Positions 1 to 9,807 are shown, counted from the stretch's first letter. The stretch: 32,413 nucleotides of DNA from Nitrospirae bacterium MYbin3 (GCA_002753335.1 PEAD01000032.1:1-32413); one strand, 5' to 3'. Numbers and translations are program-made. The notes: generated by a model not told the origin, from the letters alone.

Positions 1-1
1 G

Positions 2-652
2 AATTCAGAAAACTTTGTTCTGCCTTTCTCCCACGACGAGGTGGTTTACGGAAAACGCTCTATGCTCAGCAAGATGCCTGGCGACATGTGGCGAAAGTTT
101 GCCAACCTGCGTGCTGTTTACGGGTTCATGTATGGACATCCGGGCAAGAAGCTCCTTTTTATGGGCTGTGAGTTTGGTCAATGGATTGAATGGTGCTTTT
201 TTAAAGGGCTTGACTGGCATCTTATCGAATATGACCAGCACAAACTGCTTAAGAAATTTGTATCAGACCTGAACCATCTTTATAAATCAGAACCGGCACT
301 TTACGAGGTTGACAATGACTGGAGCGGTTTTGAATGGATAGACCTTCATGACCATGACAGGAGCGTGATGTTCTTTATAAGAAGGGCAAAAGATCCAAAT
401 GACTTTCTGGTCTTTGCGTTTAATTTTACTCCTGTGCCGCGTTACCATTACAGGATTGGCATTCCTGCCCTGAGCTTCTACAAAGAGCTTCTTAACAGCG
501 ATTCAGGTGCTTATTGGGGCAGCAATATGGGCAATATGGGCGGTGTTTATTCAGATAAAATCGCCTCGCACGGAAGGCCTTATTCTATAAGCCTTACGCT
601 TCCTCCGTTGTCTGTGCTTATTCTAAAACCTCAGAAAAAAAGTATTGAGTGA
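2..652 (+). CDS. glgB: 1,4-alpha-glucan branching enzyme, C-terminal part (truncated by window edge)
   Basis: The frame is open from position 2 (SENFVLPFSHDEVVYGK). It carries the GlgB signatures HPGKKLLFMG.EFGQW.EW, GFEWID, FNFTPVPR..YRIG and LTLPPL. Confidence 0.95.
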   Translation, partial: NSENFVLPFSHDEVVYGKRSMLSKMPGDMWRKFANLRAVYGFMYGHPGKKLLFMGCEFGQWIEWCFFKGLDWHLIEYDQHKLLKKFVSDLNHLYKSEPALYEVDNDWSGFEWIDLHDHDRSVMFFIRRAKDPNDFLVFAFNFTPVPRYHYRIGIPALSFYKELLNSDSGAYWGSNMGNMGGVYSDKIASHGRPYSISLTLPPLSVLILKPQKKSIE

Positions 653-657
653 CAGGT

Positions 658-1065
658 TCAGTTTTTGTTTTCTGAATTCTTAATATTTTTGCATACGCTT
701 TCGTGGGATGTTTCTATTATTGAGTCGGGCAAGACATATCTCGGATAAGAAGCCGGCTTATCATTGACTATTATTCGTCCATCCAGAAACTTTGTCTTAA
801 TTTCAATTGTACGGAACTTTTTTTCGCTGCAGTAATGCTCTCCTAAAATTATTATTTCACTCATCTCGGGGTTGGACTTATATGTTATTTTCATCTTGAG
901 GCGAACATTTGTTCTGGTTGGATAGGTGATGGTGTTTTCGTCATGGAACATCAGGTCGCCGTTGTTGGTTTTGTCTATATATGACCATTGTTCATCCATG
1001 TCGGCTGAACTAAAAGTTGTGGACAATACAAACAGTGCAGCAAGCATGGCCGGAATGAATCGCAT
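658..1065 (-). CDS. Secreted surface-adhesin E-like protein
   Basis: The ORF runs from 1101, but ATG 1065 gives a signal peptide (MRFIPAMLAALFVLSTTFSSA). Pattern W-x-Y..., a central Cys, and C-terminal P-D-S...VC resembles the adhesin E-like family. Confidence 0.55.
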   Translation of the reverse strand: MRFIPAMLAALFVLSTTFSSADMDEQWSYIDKTNNGDLMFHDENTITYPTRTNVRLKMKITYKSNPEMSEIIILGEHYCSEKKFRTIEIKTKFLDGRIIVNDKPASYPRYVLPDSIIETSHESVCKNIKNSENKN

Positions 1066-1139
1066 ATTGATAAGATACATAAAATCAGCATGATTTTTCA
1101 TCTGAGAGCATTTGGCTCTGTATGCTATAATTCAAAACT

Positions 1140-1448
1140 ATGTTTGATATTGGCCTTCAGGAACTTATCGTAATATTTGTTGTTGCGCTGATAGTTTTCG
1201 GGCCTAAAAGGCTTCCCGAAATCGGCAAGACTTTAGGCAAGAGCTTTTGGGAGTTGAAGAAGGCTATGGACGGCGTAAAGGCGCAGGTTCAAAGCGAGAT
1301 ACATGATATTAAAGACCCAATTGATCTTAAAAACCATCTGTACGGCAATGATGAAAAACAGTCTTCAGAAAAACTTAATGCTCAGCCATCAGATAAGAAG
1401 GACGAGGCAGCAGGCGTGAATTCCCTTAAAAAAGAGGAGAAAGGGTAA
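1140..1448 (+). CDS. tatB: Twin-arginine translocase subunit TatB (TatA/B family)
   Basis: N-terminus MFDIGLQELIVIFVVALIVFGPKRLPEIG; lies directly upstream of tatC. Confidence 0.85.
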   Translation: MFDIGLQELIVIFVVALIVFGPKRLPEIGKTLGKSFWELKKAMDGVKAQVQSEIHDIKDPIDLKNHLYGNDEKQSSEKLNAQPSDKKDEAAGVNSLKKEEKG

Positions 1449-1452
1449 AGGC

Positions 1453-2238
1453 ATGGAAGATGAAAAGATGCCGCTTACCGAGCACTTAACCGAACTCCGT
1501 AAAAGAGTTCTAATAGCACTTGGCGGGTTGATGGCCGCTTTTATAATTTCTTTTAACTATTCCGAAGACATTTTCAAGCTTATAATGTTTCCGTTGAGAT
1601 ATGAGCTCGATTTTTCGGTCAGGGATATGTATGTTAATTTTATTCAGAAGGACAAGCTGCAAACTACAAAGCTAGTTTTTTTAGCGCCTGCAGAGGCTTT
1701 TTGGATGAACCTTAAAGTATCTTTTGTCGCAGGATTGATGCTGGCGCTTCCGCTTGTATTTCATCAGCTGTGGAAGTTTATATCTCCAGGGCTGAATAAG
1801 AATGAGAAGAAGTATGTGGCTCCTTTTGTTTTTTCTTCGACCGTCTTATTTTTAATAGGAGCAGCCTTCTGTTTTTTTATAGTGCTTCCATATGCAATGG
1901 GCTTTTTGCTTAACTACAAGCTTGGCGATGTTTTGATGCCGATGCTTTCTGTAGGCCACTATGTGGATTTTTGCCTTAAGTTCATACTTGCCTTCGGCGC
2001 TATTTTTGAACTCCCGATAATAATAATTTTTCTTGTGAGGCTAGGCATAGTTACGCCAAAAACATTGGCAAGCCACAGGAGATACGCTGTTATTATATCT
2101 TTTATACTAGCTGCGGCTTTGACGCCTACGCCGGATGCTTTTAATCAGACGTTAATGGCTGTTCCTATGATAGTGCTATATGAGCTTGGGATATGGGTTT
2201 CGCCATTATTTACAAAGAAGCAGGAAAGTGATGGCTGA
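1453..2238 (+). CDS. tatC: Twin-arginine translocase subunit TatC
   Basis: Motifs MPLTEHLTELRKR, QLWKFISPGL..EK, FELP and AALTPTPD; multiple TM helices. Confidence 0.95.
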   Translation: MEDEKMPLTEHLTELRKRVLIALGGLMAAFIISFNYSEDIFKLIMFPLRYELDFSVRDMYVNFIQKDKLQTTKLVFLAPAEAFWMNLKVSFVAGLMLALPLVFHQLWKFISPGLNKNEKKYVAPFVFSSTVLFLIGAAFCFFIVLPYAMGFLLNYKLGDVLMPMLSVGHYVDFCLKFILAFGAIFELPIIIIFLVRLGIVTPKTLASHRRYAVIISFILAAALTPTPDAFNQTLMAVPMIVLYELGIWVSPLFTKKQESDG

Positions 2239-2548
2239 GCGTCCAACAAGAAACTATAAGGCAATAGTCGCCGATATATCTGAAGGGTTTGTGGTGTTGA
2301 ATCCCCTGTATCTTAAGGGGTTTGATGAAGACGCGCTTAAGCGTTTAAATGAGTTTATCGAGCGCAGACAGACCGATATAAGAAAGGAGCCGTTGCCTGC
2401 AAACGACGTGGCTGCTATAAGAAAAAGGAACATCAAGCTTCAGAGGCTTTATACCGCAACAACAATCCTGAAGAATTATGCAAGAGAAAAGAGGTTTACT
2501 CTTGCAGAAAAGAAGCAGCCGCTTAAAAAGAAAATAGCATACTTCTAA
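2231..2548 (+). CDS. Hypothetical protein (105 aa, basic, helical)
   Basis: ATG 2231 overlaps the tatC stop and the ORF fills the gap to ychF, consistent with an operon. The longer ORF start at 2180 lies inside tatC. Confidence 0.7.
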   Translation: MAERPTRNYKAIVADISEGFVVLNPLYLKGFDEDALKRLNEFIERRQTDIRKEPLPANDVAAIRKRNIKLQRLYTATTILKNYAREKRFTLAEKKQPLKKKIAYF

Positions 2549-2563
2549 ACATCCGGAGGAAAT

Positions 2564-3661
2564 TTGAAATTAGCGATAATAGGACTTTCCAATTCAGGCA
2601 AGACAACGGTTTTTAATGCGCTTACAGGCCAAAACCTTGATACAACAATCTACCCGACATTGAGCGGCGAGCCGAACTACGGGGTTGTGAAGGTCCCGGA
2701 TTTGAGAATTAACAGTCTTGCCGAAATCTATAAACCTAAAAAAATAACCTATGCGACTGTTGAGTATGTGGATTATATAGGTCTTACCAAAGGTGATATG
2801 GTTCAGAACAGAAAGGTTTTTGACCTGATAAAGGATGCAGACGCGATAGTGCATGTGGTGAGGGCTTTTCATGATGATTCTGTATCACATCCAATGAATG
2901 AAATAAATCCTATGCGTGATGTTGAGACTCTAGAACTTGAGCTTATTTTCGGCGATCTCGAATTTGTCGAAAAGAGGCTCTCTCGTATGGATGAGGCTGC
3001 CAAGAAAGGCAAGAAACAGAGTGAGACCGAAAGAAAACTTTTGACTAAATGCAAAGACGCGCTAGAAAAAGAGATACCGCTTAGGAATGTGGAGTTTAAC
3101 GATGAGGAGCAGAAGTTGATGAAACCACTTCAGTTTGTTTCTACAAAGCCTGAGGTTATTGTTCTGAATGCTGAAGAGGGCGATCTTCAAAGCGGTAAAC
3201 TGAAAGACTTGCATGCTCAGGTCGAAAAATATGTGCAGGATAAAGGAATAGGTGAAACGACTAAAGTGGTGGCTCTCTGCGGAAAAATAGAGATGGAGAT
3301 AGCCCAGCTTTCTGCTGAAGAGGCTAAGGTTTTTCTTGAGGACCTCGGCATAGAGGAGCCTGCGCTTAACAGGCTTATTCATTTAAGCTACGATCTGCTC
3401 GGCCTCATCTCGTTCCTTACTTCGGGCGAAGATGAGGTGAGGGCTTGGACGATAAGAAAAGGATTAAACGCCCAGAACGCGGCAGGCAAGATACATTCTG
3501 ATATCGAACGAGGATTTATTCGTGCTGAGTTGGTTGGCTACGAAGATTTTATCGCCTGCGGTTCTATGTCAGGCGCACGGGATAAAGGTTTGCTGAGGCT
3601 TGAGGGAAAGACTTACGAAGTCAAAGACGGAGATATTATAAACTTCAGATTCAATGTCTGA
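2564..3661 (+). CDS. ychF: Ribosome-binding/redox-regulated ATPase YchF
   Basis: GLSNSGKTT P-loop, AGKIHSDIERGFIRAE and EGKTYEVKDGDIINFRFNV; TTG start preceded by GGAGGA. Confidence 0.95.
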   Translation: MKLAIIGLSNSGKTTVFNALTGQNLDTTIYPTLSGEPNYGVVKVPDLRINSLAEIYKPKKITYATVEYVDYIGLTKGDMVQNRKVFDLIKDADAIVHVVRAFHDDSVSHPMNEINPMRDVETLELELIFGDLEFVEKRLSRMDEAAKKGKKQSETERKLLTKCKDALEKEIPLRNVEFNDEEQKLMKPLQFVSTKPEVIVLNAEEGDLQSGKLKDLHAQVEKYVQDKGIGETTKVVALCGKIEMEIAQLSAEEAKVFLEDLGIEEPALNRLIHLSYDLLGLISFLTSGEDEVRAWTIRKGLNAQNAAGKIHSDIERGFIRAELVGYEDFIACGSMSGARDKGLLRLEGKTYEVKDGDIINFRFNV

Positions 3662-3682
3662 TTTCCTTCAGAAATCAGTTTA
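3658..3682. terminator. Hairpin between convergent genes (likely terminator)
   Basis: CTGATTTC-cttca-GAAATCAG 8-bp stem followed by TTTA, located between the ychF stop and the stop of the convergent gene. Confidence 0.5.
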
Positions 3683-4075
3683 TGCTGAGCCGTTTTTCCC
3701 TCTGCGGTACTGAATAACAGCTTCATATTCAATATGTGCATGGTTTGAGGCTATTGAATCGATCTTGCCTTTGCAGACGAAATTTCCCTTTTTTAACTTC
3801 TTATGTTCCTTTACCATGTTGGCAACAACTGAAGACAGATCAAAGCCTCCGCCTTCACAGCCTTTTATCATACAATCCATTTTGAAAAAAGCATAGGATG
3901 TAGGGAATATATTTACGGTCCTCTTCATCAGCACCGGATTTGCTGTCTGCCTGTAGTAAGTCATATTGATAACAATACCCGAAACTGAAGGAAAGCGTTC
4001 AGATACCAATCCGGCAGCCACATTGTTCTGCCTCTTTAATTCCATCTTCACCGCATGATTCTGTCTGTTTACCAT
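3680..4075 (-). CDS. Conserved-looking hypothetical protein with C-x4-C-xGGxFDL and a distal Cys/His (possible metal binding)
   Basis: ATG 4075 preceded by GAAGGGAG; sequence CMIKGCEGGGFDL...VCKG...HAH. Confidence 0.7.
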   Translation of the reverse strand: MVNRQNHAVKMELKRQNNVAAGLVSERFPSVSGIVINMTYYRQTANPVLMKRTVNIFPTSYAFFKMDCMIKGCEGGGFDLSSVVANMVKEHKKLKKGNFVCKGKIDSIASNHAHIEYEAVIQYRRGKNGSA

Positions 4076-4091
4076 TAGTCTCCCTTCAAAT

Positions 4092-4126
4092 AAAAAAGGC
4101 CACAAAGTCGAAAAGTCTTTGTGCCC
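4092..4126 (-). terminator. Terminator-like hairpin plus U-tract in the 5' leader of the 4075 gene
   Basis: Minus strand reads GGGCACAAAG-acttttcga-CTTTGTGGCC-TTTTTT (one mismatch in the stem), immediately before the RBS. Confidence 0.6.
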
Positions 4127-4160
4127 TCATAACTGCAAAAACTTCTGAAATTCTGTATTT

Positions 4161-4190
4161 ACAATAGCATGAAAGTATTGAATTAGTCAA
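4161..4190 (-). promoter_or_regulatory. sigma70-type promoter for the 4075 gene
   Basis: Minus strand TTGACT-N18-TATTGT with an extended -10 TG. Confidence 0.5.
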
Positions 4191-4224
4191 TTTTTTGCTG
4201 GAAACTCAAAAAATTATTGCAAGG

Positions 4225-5388
4225 TTATACATATTGTCCGGCAACAAAACCGGAGGCCCATGCCCAGTGAAGATTATACCCTCCCAGCTGTCCTATCACA
4301 TCAACTACCTCTCCAGCGAAATACAATCCATGTGCTTTTTTTGCCTCCATTGTTTGTGATGACAACTCATCAGTATCAACACCTCCACGCGTAACTTCTG
4401 CTGCCTTATAGCCATCAACGCCCTCAGGTGCTATCTCCCAATTGTTCAACTTGTATGCTGCTTGCCTTAGTTCTTTTTCATTATATTGGCAAAGGGGTTT
4501 TGACTTCATATTCATTTCGCACCATTTTTCTGCAAACCTGGACGGCAGATGTCCTGAGAGCAGGTTTTTCATTTCGGTTCTGCTTTTACGTTTTGAAATA
4601 AGGAATTCATATGCATCCATGCCGGGCAGCAGATTGATAGAAATGGTATCTCCCTTGTTCCAGTAAGAGGATGACTGAAGTATTGCAGGGCCGCTCAATC
4701 CGCGGTGAGTGAACAATATATCTCCTCTGAAATGAACGTCATTGCAGCTGACTATCGCGGTAATAGAGATGCCGCTGAGTTCTCCGAACGCCTTCCTGTC
4801 AGGCTTGCTGAATTTAATGGGGGTAAGGGCCGGTCTCAATGGGGTGACATTGAGACCAAACTGACGGGCTAATCTGTGTCCTATGTCTGTGGCGCCAAGA
4901 TTAGGGTAAGAAAGCCCTCCTGTAGCGATTACCAGAGATTCTGATTCGAAGATGCCTTTATCCGTCGTGATAGCAAACTGCTTTTTCTTTTTTGCGCTTT
5001 CAATTCTGCAATTTAGAATCATTTTAACCCCGTACTCTTTGCATTCGCTCTTAAGCATTACCAGAATTTCTTTGGAACTTTTTTTGCAGAACATCTGACC
5101 TGCTTCTTTTTCATAATATTCGATGCCATGTTTATCAAGCATTTCTATAAAATCATGCGGACTAAAACGCGCAAGCGCTGATTTGCAGAAATGAGGATTG
5201 TTCGAAAGATAATGGGTGTGATCCATGTTGATGTTTGTAAAATTACATCTGCCCCCTCCGGATACTCTTATTTTTGTCCCTGCAGTCCCTGAATGGTCAA
5301 GAACAAGAATTGACCGGTTGCGTTTTCCTGCCTCTATAGCGCATATAAGCCCTGCTGCTCCAGCGCCGATAATAATGACATCTGCCAT
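4225..5388 (-). CDS. HI0933/YhiN/BaiN-family NAD(P)/FAD-dependent oxidoreductase
   Basis: IIGAGAAG, KIRVSGGGRCNFTN, ATGGLSYP, LFTHRGLSGPAIL and GEVVDV.G.LGGYN..WAWASG; likely start is ATG 5388. Confidence 0.92.
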   Translation of the reverse strand: MADVIIIGAGAAGLICAIEAGKRNRSILVLDHSGTAGTKIRVSGGGRCNFTNINMDHTHYLSNNPHFCKSALARFSPHDFIEMLDKHGIEYYEKEAGQMFCKKSSKEILVMLKSECKEYGVKMILNCRIESAKKKKQFAITTDKGIFESESLVIATGGLSYPNLGATDIGHRLARQFGLNVTPLRPALTPIKFSKPDRKAFGELSGISITAIVSCNDVHFRGDILFTHRGLSGPAILQSSSYWNKGDTISINLLPGMDAYEFLISKRKSRTEMKNLLSGHLPSRFAEKWCEMNMKSKPLCQYNEKELRQAAYKLNNWEIAPEGVDGYKAAEVTRGGVDTDELSSQTMEAKKAHGLYFAGEVVDVIGQLGGYNLHWAWASGFVAGQYV

Positions 5389-5392
5389 GATG

Positions 5393-7306
5393 CTATCTTC
5401 CGGCATCAATTACGTCTAGGGCTTTTAGTTCAATGTCCTGATTGTGCAGCGCAGCGCCTTTAATTTCTTTAAAGCGCTTTTTTGTTTTTTTGTCCGAATT
5501 TTTGATGAAGTGTTCCATTTTCTCAATTTTGGAGTCAACCTTTTTTGAGATTGCAAGATATTTTGCATATTTCCCCTTTTCTGAGGGTATCGAAAAATCT
5601 CCGGGCGCATGCCATTTATCTTTAAACGACAGCCATGAAGCGAAGTCATCAATCTTGTAGCCTTTAAGAGGTTTTATCAGTGTGGTGTTTTTTATGTCCG
5701 CTATTCGTAATCCTTCTTTGTCAGCGATGATTTTGTGGCCGCCTTTAAATGGCTCTGCTCCTTGGTCGTCCATGAATTCCCAGCTGGAAACCGTAATCTG
5801 TTTCTCTTTGTGGCAGCTGTCGCAGTTGCGCGCTTTTCCGTAAGGATGCGCTGCCTGTTCTATTTCGAGCCAGAGCAGATGGTTATTGTTTGTGCCGGAT
5901 TTTTGAGTTCCTATTACGTAGTATGCATCTCTCGTCTCTCCGTTTGGCCACCTGAACATAATTTTTTCGGAGGGCTTAACCTCAGGCTTTATATTCCCTG
6001 CTGCGTGAGGCCATACCTTCACAGGCATCCAGATTTCTTTTTGGTCTTTCATTATTATGGGAGGAGACTGAATGCCGTAGTAAAGCGAATACTTTTTAAA
6101 CGGGTTTTCCTCTCCAGCAATCTTTCCGGGCCCCCATACGGTAATCTGATATCCTCTCAACTCGCTTATATGGCATGAAGCACAATCCAGTTTTTTATGT
6201 ATGCTTTTCGCATGAGCTTCCTCTATCTCAATATGGCAGTCCTGGCAGTTAGCCTTTCTCTGCATGTCTCCCATTCCTTTCGGACCTGTAGTGTGGCAGT
6301 CAACGCAATGTATTTTCTTTGTATAATGAACGTCCGGCTTCATACCTGTTGGAATAGAATAGTCTTCACCCATGTATGTTTCGCCACGTCTGCTCTGCAT
6401 TGCACCGGGATGGCAGATGCTGGTGCCCCGGCCATATCCGCCGCAGCTTTCGGAGGAAGGTTTTGCTGTAAAATTATGCACACCTTTTTCTCTGTTCGGC
6501 TCGTAGTGGCAATCCAGGCATCCGGCATGACATGCATTACAGAACCTTTGTTTATGTGATGCCTGTTTTTTTGAAAAAGGAACATTGAGGTCCCGTGCTA
6601 TGTCCTCTGTGTTTTTGAACGAGAAATTCGAATTGTGCAAAATTTCTGGAGGAGCAATATCGGCAAAGGATGGGCCGCAGTTGTGTGGACCGTATGGTTC
6701 AAGCCATGTCCTCATGGTGCGCTGCCTGAAGTTTGTAGCCATTATAGTGGTTTTGAACTGCTTGAGCTGCTCCGGATGGCAGTTTGCTTTTCCGCAGGTC
6801 TTTGCCGCAATTTCTGGATCAAAATTGAAGGTATCACGGTTTCTGTCATGCCATAGAACTGTCCTTACTTCCGGAGATGGTTCAAGTTCGCCTCCATTCT
6901 CTGTCTTAGGCAGCATCATTCTTATTCTGTCGATGCCTGATGGCAAGAGCGCATGCGGATAAACTTTTTTTCTGTCTAGTATATTTCCGTTTTCACCAAG
7001 CATAAGAGCCGAAAGCATTCCTTTGTGAGCTTTTGCAGCATCCTTTGCCCGGCCGTCTCCCAAATGGCATTCATGGCATTTAACATTCGGATGCCTGCTT
7101 TCTTTTTCGGCCGCTTGAGGATTCACATAAAGATCTGGAAATCCCAACTCTGTTAGTTTGCCTTTGTCTGAGTGGCATTTTATGCACTCTACACTCGAAT
7201 TCTGCCATGACTGATATCCAAGAAGGGCTATAACAAGAATGAACTGAAGAAAAAATAGAACAACTGTTTTAGGATTTATGTAATCGCTTAAGGTGCCGAC
7301 TTTCAT
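5393..7306 (-). CDS. Membrane-anchored multiheme cytochrome c
   Basis: N-terminal hydrophobic helix; 8 CxxCH motifs (CIKCH, CHECH, CNACH, CLDCH, CVDCH, CQDCH, CASCH, CDSCH) plus one CX4CH and one CX9CH. Confidence 0.9.
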   Translation of the reverse strand: MKVGTLSDYINPKTVVLFFLQFILVIALLGYQSWQNSSVECIKCHSDKGKLTELGFPDLYVNPQAAEKESRHPNVKCHECHLGDGRAKDAAKAHKGMLSALMLGENGNILDRKKVYPHALLPSGIDRIRMMLPKTENGGELEPSPEVRTVLWHDRNRDTFNFDPEIAAKTCGKANCHPEQLKQFKTTIMATNFRQRTMRTWLEPYGPHNCGPSFADIAPPEILHNSNFSFKNTEDIARDLNVPFSKKQASHKQRFCNACHAGCLDCHYEPNREKGVHNFTAKPSSESCGGYGRGTSICHPGAMQSRRGETYMGEDYSIPTGMKPDVHYTKKIHCVDCHTTGPKGMGDMQRKANCQDCHIEIEEAHAKSIHKKLDCASCHISELRGYQITVWGPGKIAGEENPFKKYSLYYGIQSPPIIMKDQKEIWMPVKVWPHAAGNIKPEVKPSEKIMFRWPNGETRDAYYVIGTQKSGTNNNHLLWLEIEQAAHPYGKARNCDSCHKEKQITVSSWEFMDDQGAEPFKGGHKIIADKEGLRIADIKNTTLIKPLKGYKIDDFASWLSFKDKWHAPGDFSIPSEKGKYAKYLAISKKVDSKIEKMEHFIKNSDKKTKKRFKEIKGAALHNQDIELKALDVIDAGR

Positions 7307-7327
7307 GGGGATAGTAATTCCCCCGGT

Positions 7328-8275
7328 TTAATTGACAGGAATTGTGGCTGCCGATGATGTTGATGAGCCGCCTTGATTTGCGGGTTGAGGAAGAATGAGG
7401 CTTACTACCTGTCCGCTGCTGCCTAAGTTATCCAAAGCCTTTCCATTGTATATCAACTTAACTCCGGCAGCATTTCCTATTTTAAGGAAAAAAGATTTAT
7501 CGGCTGAATAACTCTGTTTTTCTCCAGGCTTCATCATCATTGAGTCTTTTTCAGCTCCGTCGCGTATTACAAGGATCCATACGTCATTGGTAGCGGTTAT
7601 CTCAATAGTATGTTTTTTTTGGGTTGCAGCAGCAGGCTTATCTTTTTTTGTGTTGTTGTCGGTGAGAGTTTGTGCTTTTTGTATGGGATTCGATGTTTGA
7701 GTAACAACAGCAGGAGCTGAATTGACGTTAGCCGAATTCTGTTCGGACGAAGCTGGAGCTTCCTGCTGTTGAGCTATAACCGGAGCTTGTACAGCAGTAG
7801 TTTGATTTTTATTAAGAGGCATCTCAGGCTCTTTTTCATCGAAAAGATAGAAATAAGATATGACTACGCTGAATAAAAATGGAACTATTAATATAGAGCG
7901 ATAGGCTGTGTTTTTAGGCTGTTTGGATGTATAAACTGGTATTCCTGTGGTGTGGTAAGTTTCTTTGTTTTGATCTTGTTTGGGGACCGGAGGTGCAGTA
8001 TTTTTTAAATCACTCTTTGGCTCAATTTCTTTTTTCTTGCCCCCTCGCTTTATCTCTAGATAATCGTCGTATTTTGATATCACCGTATCAGCCGGAATAT
8101 CGAGAAATTTTGCGTATTCTCGGATGTATCCCTTTGAGTAAACCTCAACAGGCAGTTTATCAAAGTCAGCCGCTTCTATAGAAGCAAGGTAGCTTGTCTT
8201 AATCCTGGTTAGTTTCGAGACTTCTGCAATGCTTAATCCGAGCGTCTCTCTTTTATCTTTAAATTCCTTGTTCAT
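7328..8275 (-). CDS. rodZ: Cytoskeleton protein RodZ family (HTH - TM - DUF4115)
   Basis: N-terminal HTH (YLASIE..F..LP..VY.KGYIREYAKFL), one TM helix, a low-complexity linker, and C-terminal IGNAAGVKL.YNGK. Confidence 0.88.
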   Translation of the reverse strand: MNKEFKDKRETLGLSIAEVSKLTRIKTSYLASIEAADFDKLPVEVYSKGYIREYAKFLDIPADTVISKYDDYLEIKRGGKKKEIEPKSDLKNTAPPVPKQDQNKETYHTTGIPVYTSKQPKNTAYRSILIVPFLFSVVISYFYLFDEKEPEMPLNKNQTTAVQAPVIAQQQEAPASSEQNSANVNSAPAVVTQTSNPIQKAQTLTDNNTKKDKPAAATQKKHTIEITATNDVWILVIRDGAEKDSMMMKPGEKQSYSADKSFFLKIGNAAGVKLIYNGKALDNLGSSGQVVSLILPQPANQGGSSTSSAATIPVN

Positions 8276-8368
8276 AACCTATCTATTCTAATATAAGTGC
8301 ATTCTATTTACAACGAAAAACGATATTTTTTTTGCATTGAATCTTCTTGTGTTAGTATATTAAAAGTT

Positions 8369-9592
8369 ATGAATAGGGTTGCGATTACAGGAATAGGGGC
8401 TGTTACACCGCTAGGCAATGATTTTAGAACATCATGGACCGGTGTAAAACAAGGGTTCCAAGGCGTAGGCCGTCTGAACAGGTTGGATACGTCCGGACTA
8501 CCTTGGACCCTTGCGGGAGAGATAAAGGGGTTTATCCCAGAGCTTTTTTTAAATCCAAAAGAGATTATTCGTTTAGACCCTTTTATTCAGTATGCAGCTG
8601 CTGCTGCATCTATGGCGATTGCAGATGCCGGATTAATAGAAACTATGCTTTCAAATGCAGGAGTAATTGTTGGTTCAAGCCGCGGAGGGATAACCGCCCT
8701 TGAAAAAGAGATGCGAAAAATGCTTTTTAAAAATGCCAAACCTTCAGTTTCTCCCTATTTGATGCCTTCATCAACAATAAGCATGGCAGCCTCATTTATA
8801 GCCCAAAAAAATAGTATTAAAGGTGAATGCATAGGAATCTCTAATGCCTGTGCGTCAGGCGCAAATGCTATAGGTGAAGCCTTCAGGCGTATTAAACATG
8901 GCTATTCCAAGATTGTTCTGGCAGGAGGAACAGAAGCTCCGTTATGCAGGCTTTGCTTTGAGGGGTACGGTGTATCAGGCGCTTTATCCAAAGGCAGTGA
9001 TAATTTAGCAAGTAAGCCATTCGACAAAAACAGGGACGGCTTTGTTTTGGCTGAAGGGGCATGCATAGTAGTACTTGAAGAATACGAAGCCGCAAGGCAG
9101 AGAGGTGCACGGATTTATGCAGAGGTATCAGGTTATTCGGCCATAAACGACGCTTTTCATATAACTAAACCTGATGTTGATGGAGAAGCATCAGCGATAA
9201 AGCAGGCACTCTCGGATGCAGGAATTCACAAAGAATACATTGGCCATGTAAATGCCCACGGTACCTCAACGGTGTTAGGCGACCTGTCCGAATCTAAGGC
9301 AATTAACGCTGTATTCGGCCCCAAAATCCCGGTTACTGCGCTGAAGTCTATGACCGGTCATATGTTGGCTGCCTCTGGCGCATTTGAATCAGCATGTACA
9401 GCCATGAGTCTTTATGAAGGTGTAATTCCTGCTACTGTTAATGTTAAAGGACAGGACGCTCTGTGTTCTATAAATCTTACAACTCGATTGGCTAAAAGCG
9501 ATTCTGAATTTGCTGTGTCGAATTCATTTGGGTTTGGAGGGGTGAACGCTGTGCTGGTGTTTAAGAAAACTATAGGGTCGTATATCTTATAA
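8369..9592 (+). CDS. fabF: Beta-ketoacyl-ACP synthase II (FabF-like)
   Basis: MNRVAITGIGAVTPLG, catalytic NACASG, AHGTST, KSMTGH and SNSFGFGG; ATG 8369. Confidence 0.88.
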   Translation: MNRVAITGIGAVTPLGNDFRTSWTGVKQGFQGVGRLNRLDTSGLPWTLAGEIKGFIPELFLNPKEIIRLDPFIQYAAAAASMAIADAGLIETMLSNAGVIVGSSRGGITALEKEMRKMLFKNAKPSVSPYLMPSSTISMAASFIAQKNSIKGECIGISNACASGANAIGEAFRRIKHGYSKIVLAGGTEAPLCRLCFEGYGVSGALSKGSDNLASKPFDKNRDGFVLAEGACIVVLEEYEAARQRGARIYAEVSGYSAINDAFHITKPDVDGEASAIKQALSDAGIHKEYIGHVNAHGTSTVLGDLSESKAINAVFGPKIPVTALKSMTGHMLAASGAFESACTAMSLYEGVIPATVNVKGQDALCSINLTTRLAKSDSEFAVSNSFGFGGVNAVLVFKKTIGSYIL

Positions 9593-9807
9593 ATAAAGAC
9601 ATCATAGAGATGGTAGCGTAATGAGCATTTAGAAATGTCAAAACGCAGCCCTGAACGGAAGAGAGACAGCCTTATCTTGGGTGTGTTTAAAAAAAGATCA
9701 ACTCACTTTTTATTGGCCTGTTCCTGTATCACAAACCATATCAAATTTTGTATTATTAAAATTCTGTCTAATTTAAAATCAATTTGTATTGTATAGGAGG
9801 AATCACT

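Noticed and set aside
5735..6962. Several plus-strand ORFs opposite the cytochrome gene, and similar shadow ORFs over ilvD, the kinase, addAB and ychF
   Set aside because: They lie fully inside well-supported genes in other frames or strands and have no motifs or RBS.
9635..9796. About 53-codon ORF (MSKRSPERK...) and possible riboswitch or sigma54 site in the fabF-aldolase gap
   Set aside because: There is no RBS and the composition is not protein-like; TGGCCTGTTCCTGTA lacks the -12 GC; no recognisable aptamer.
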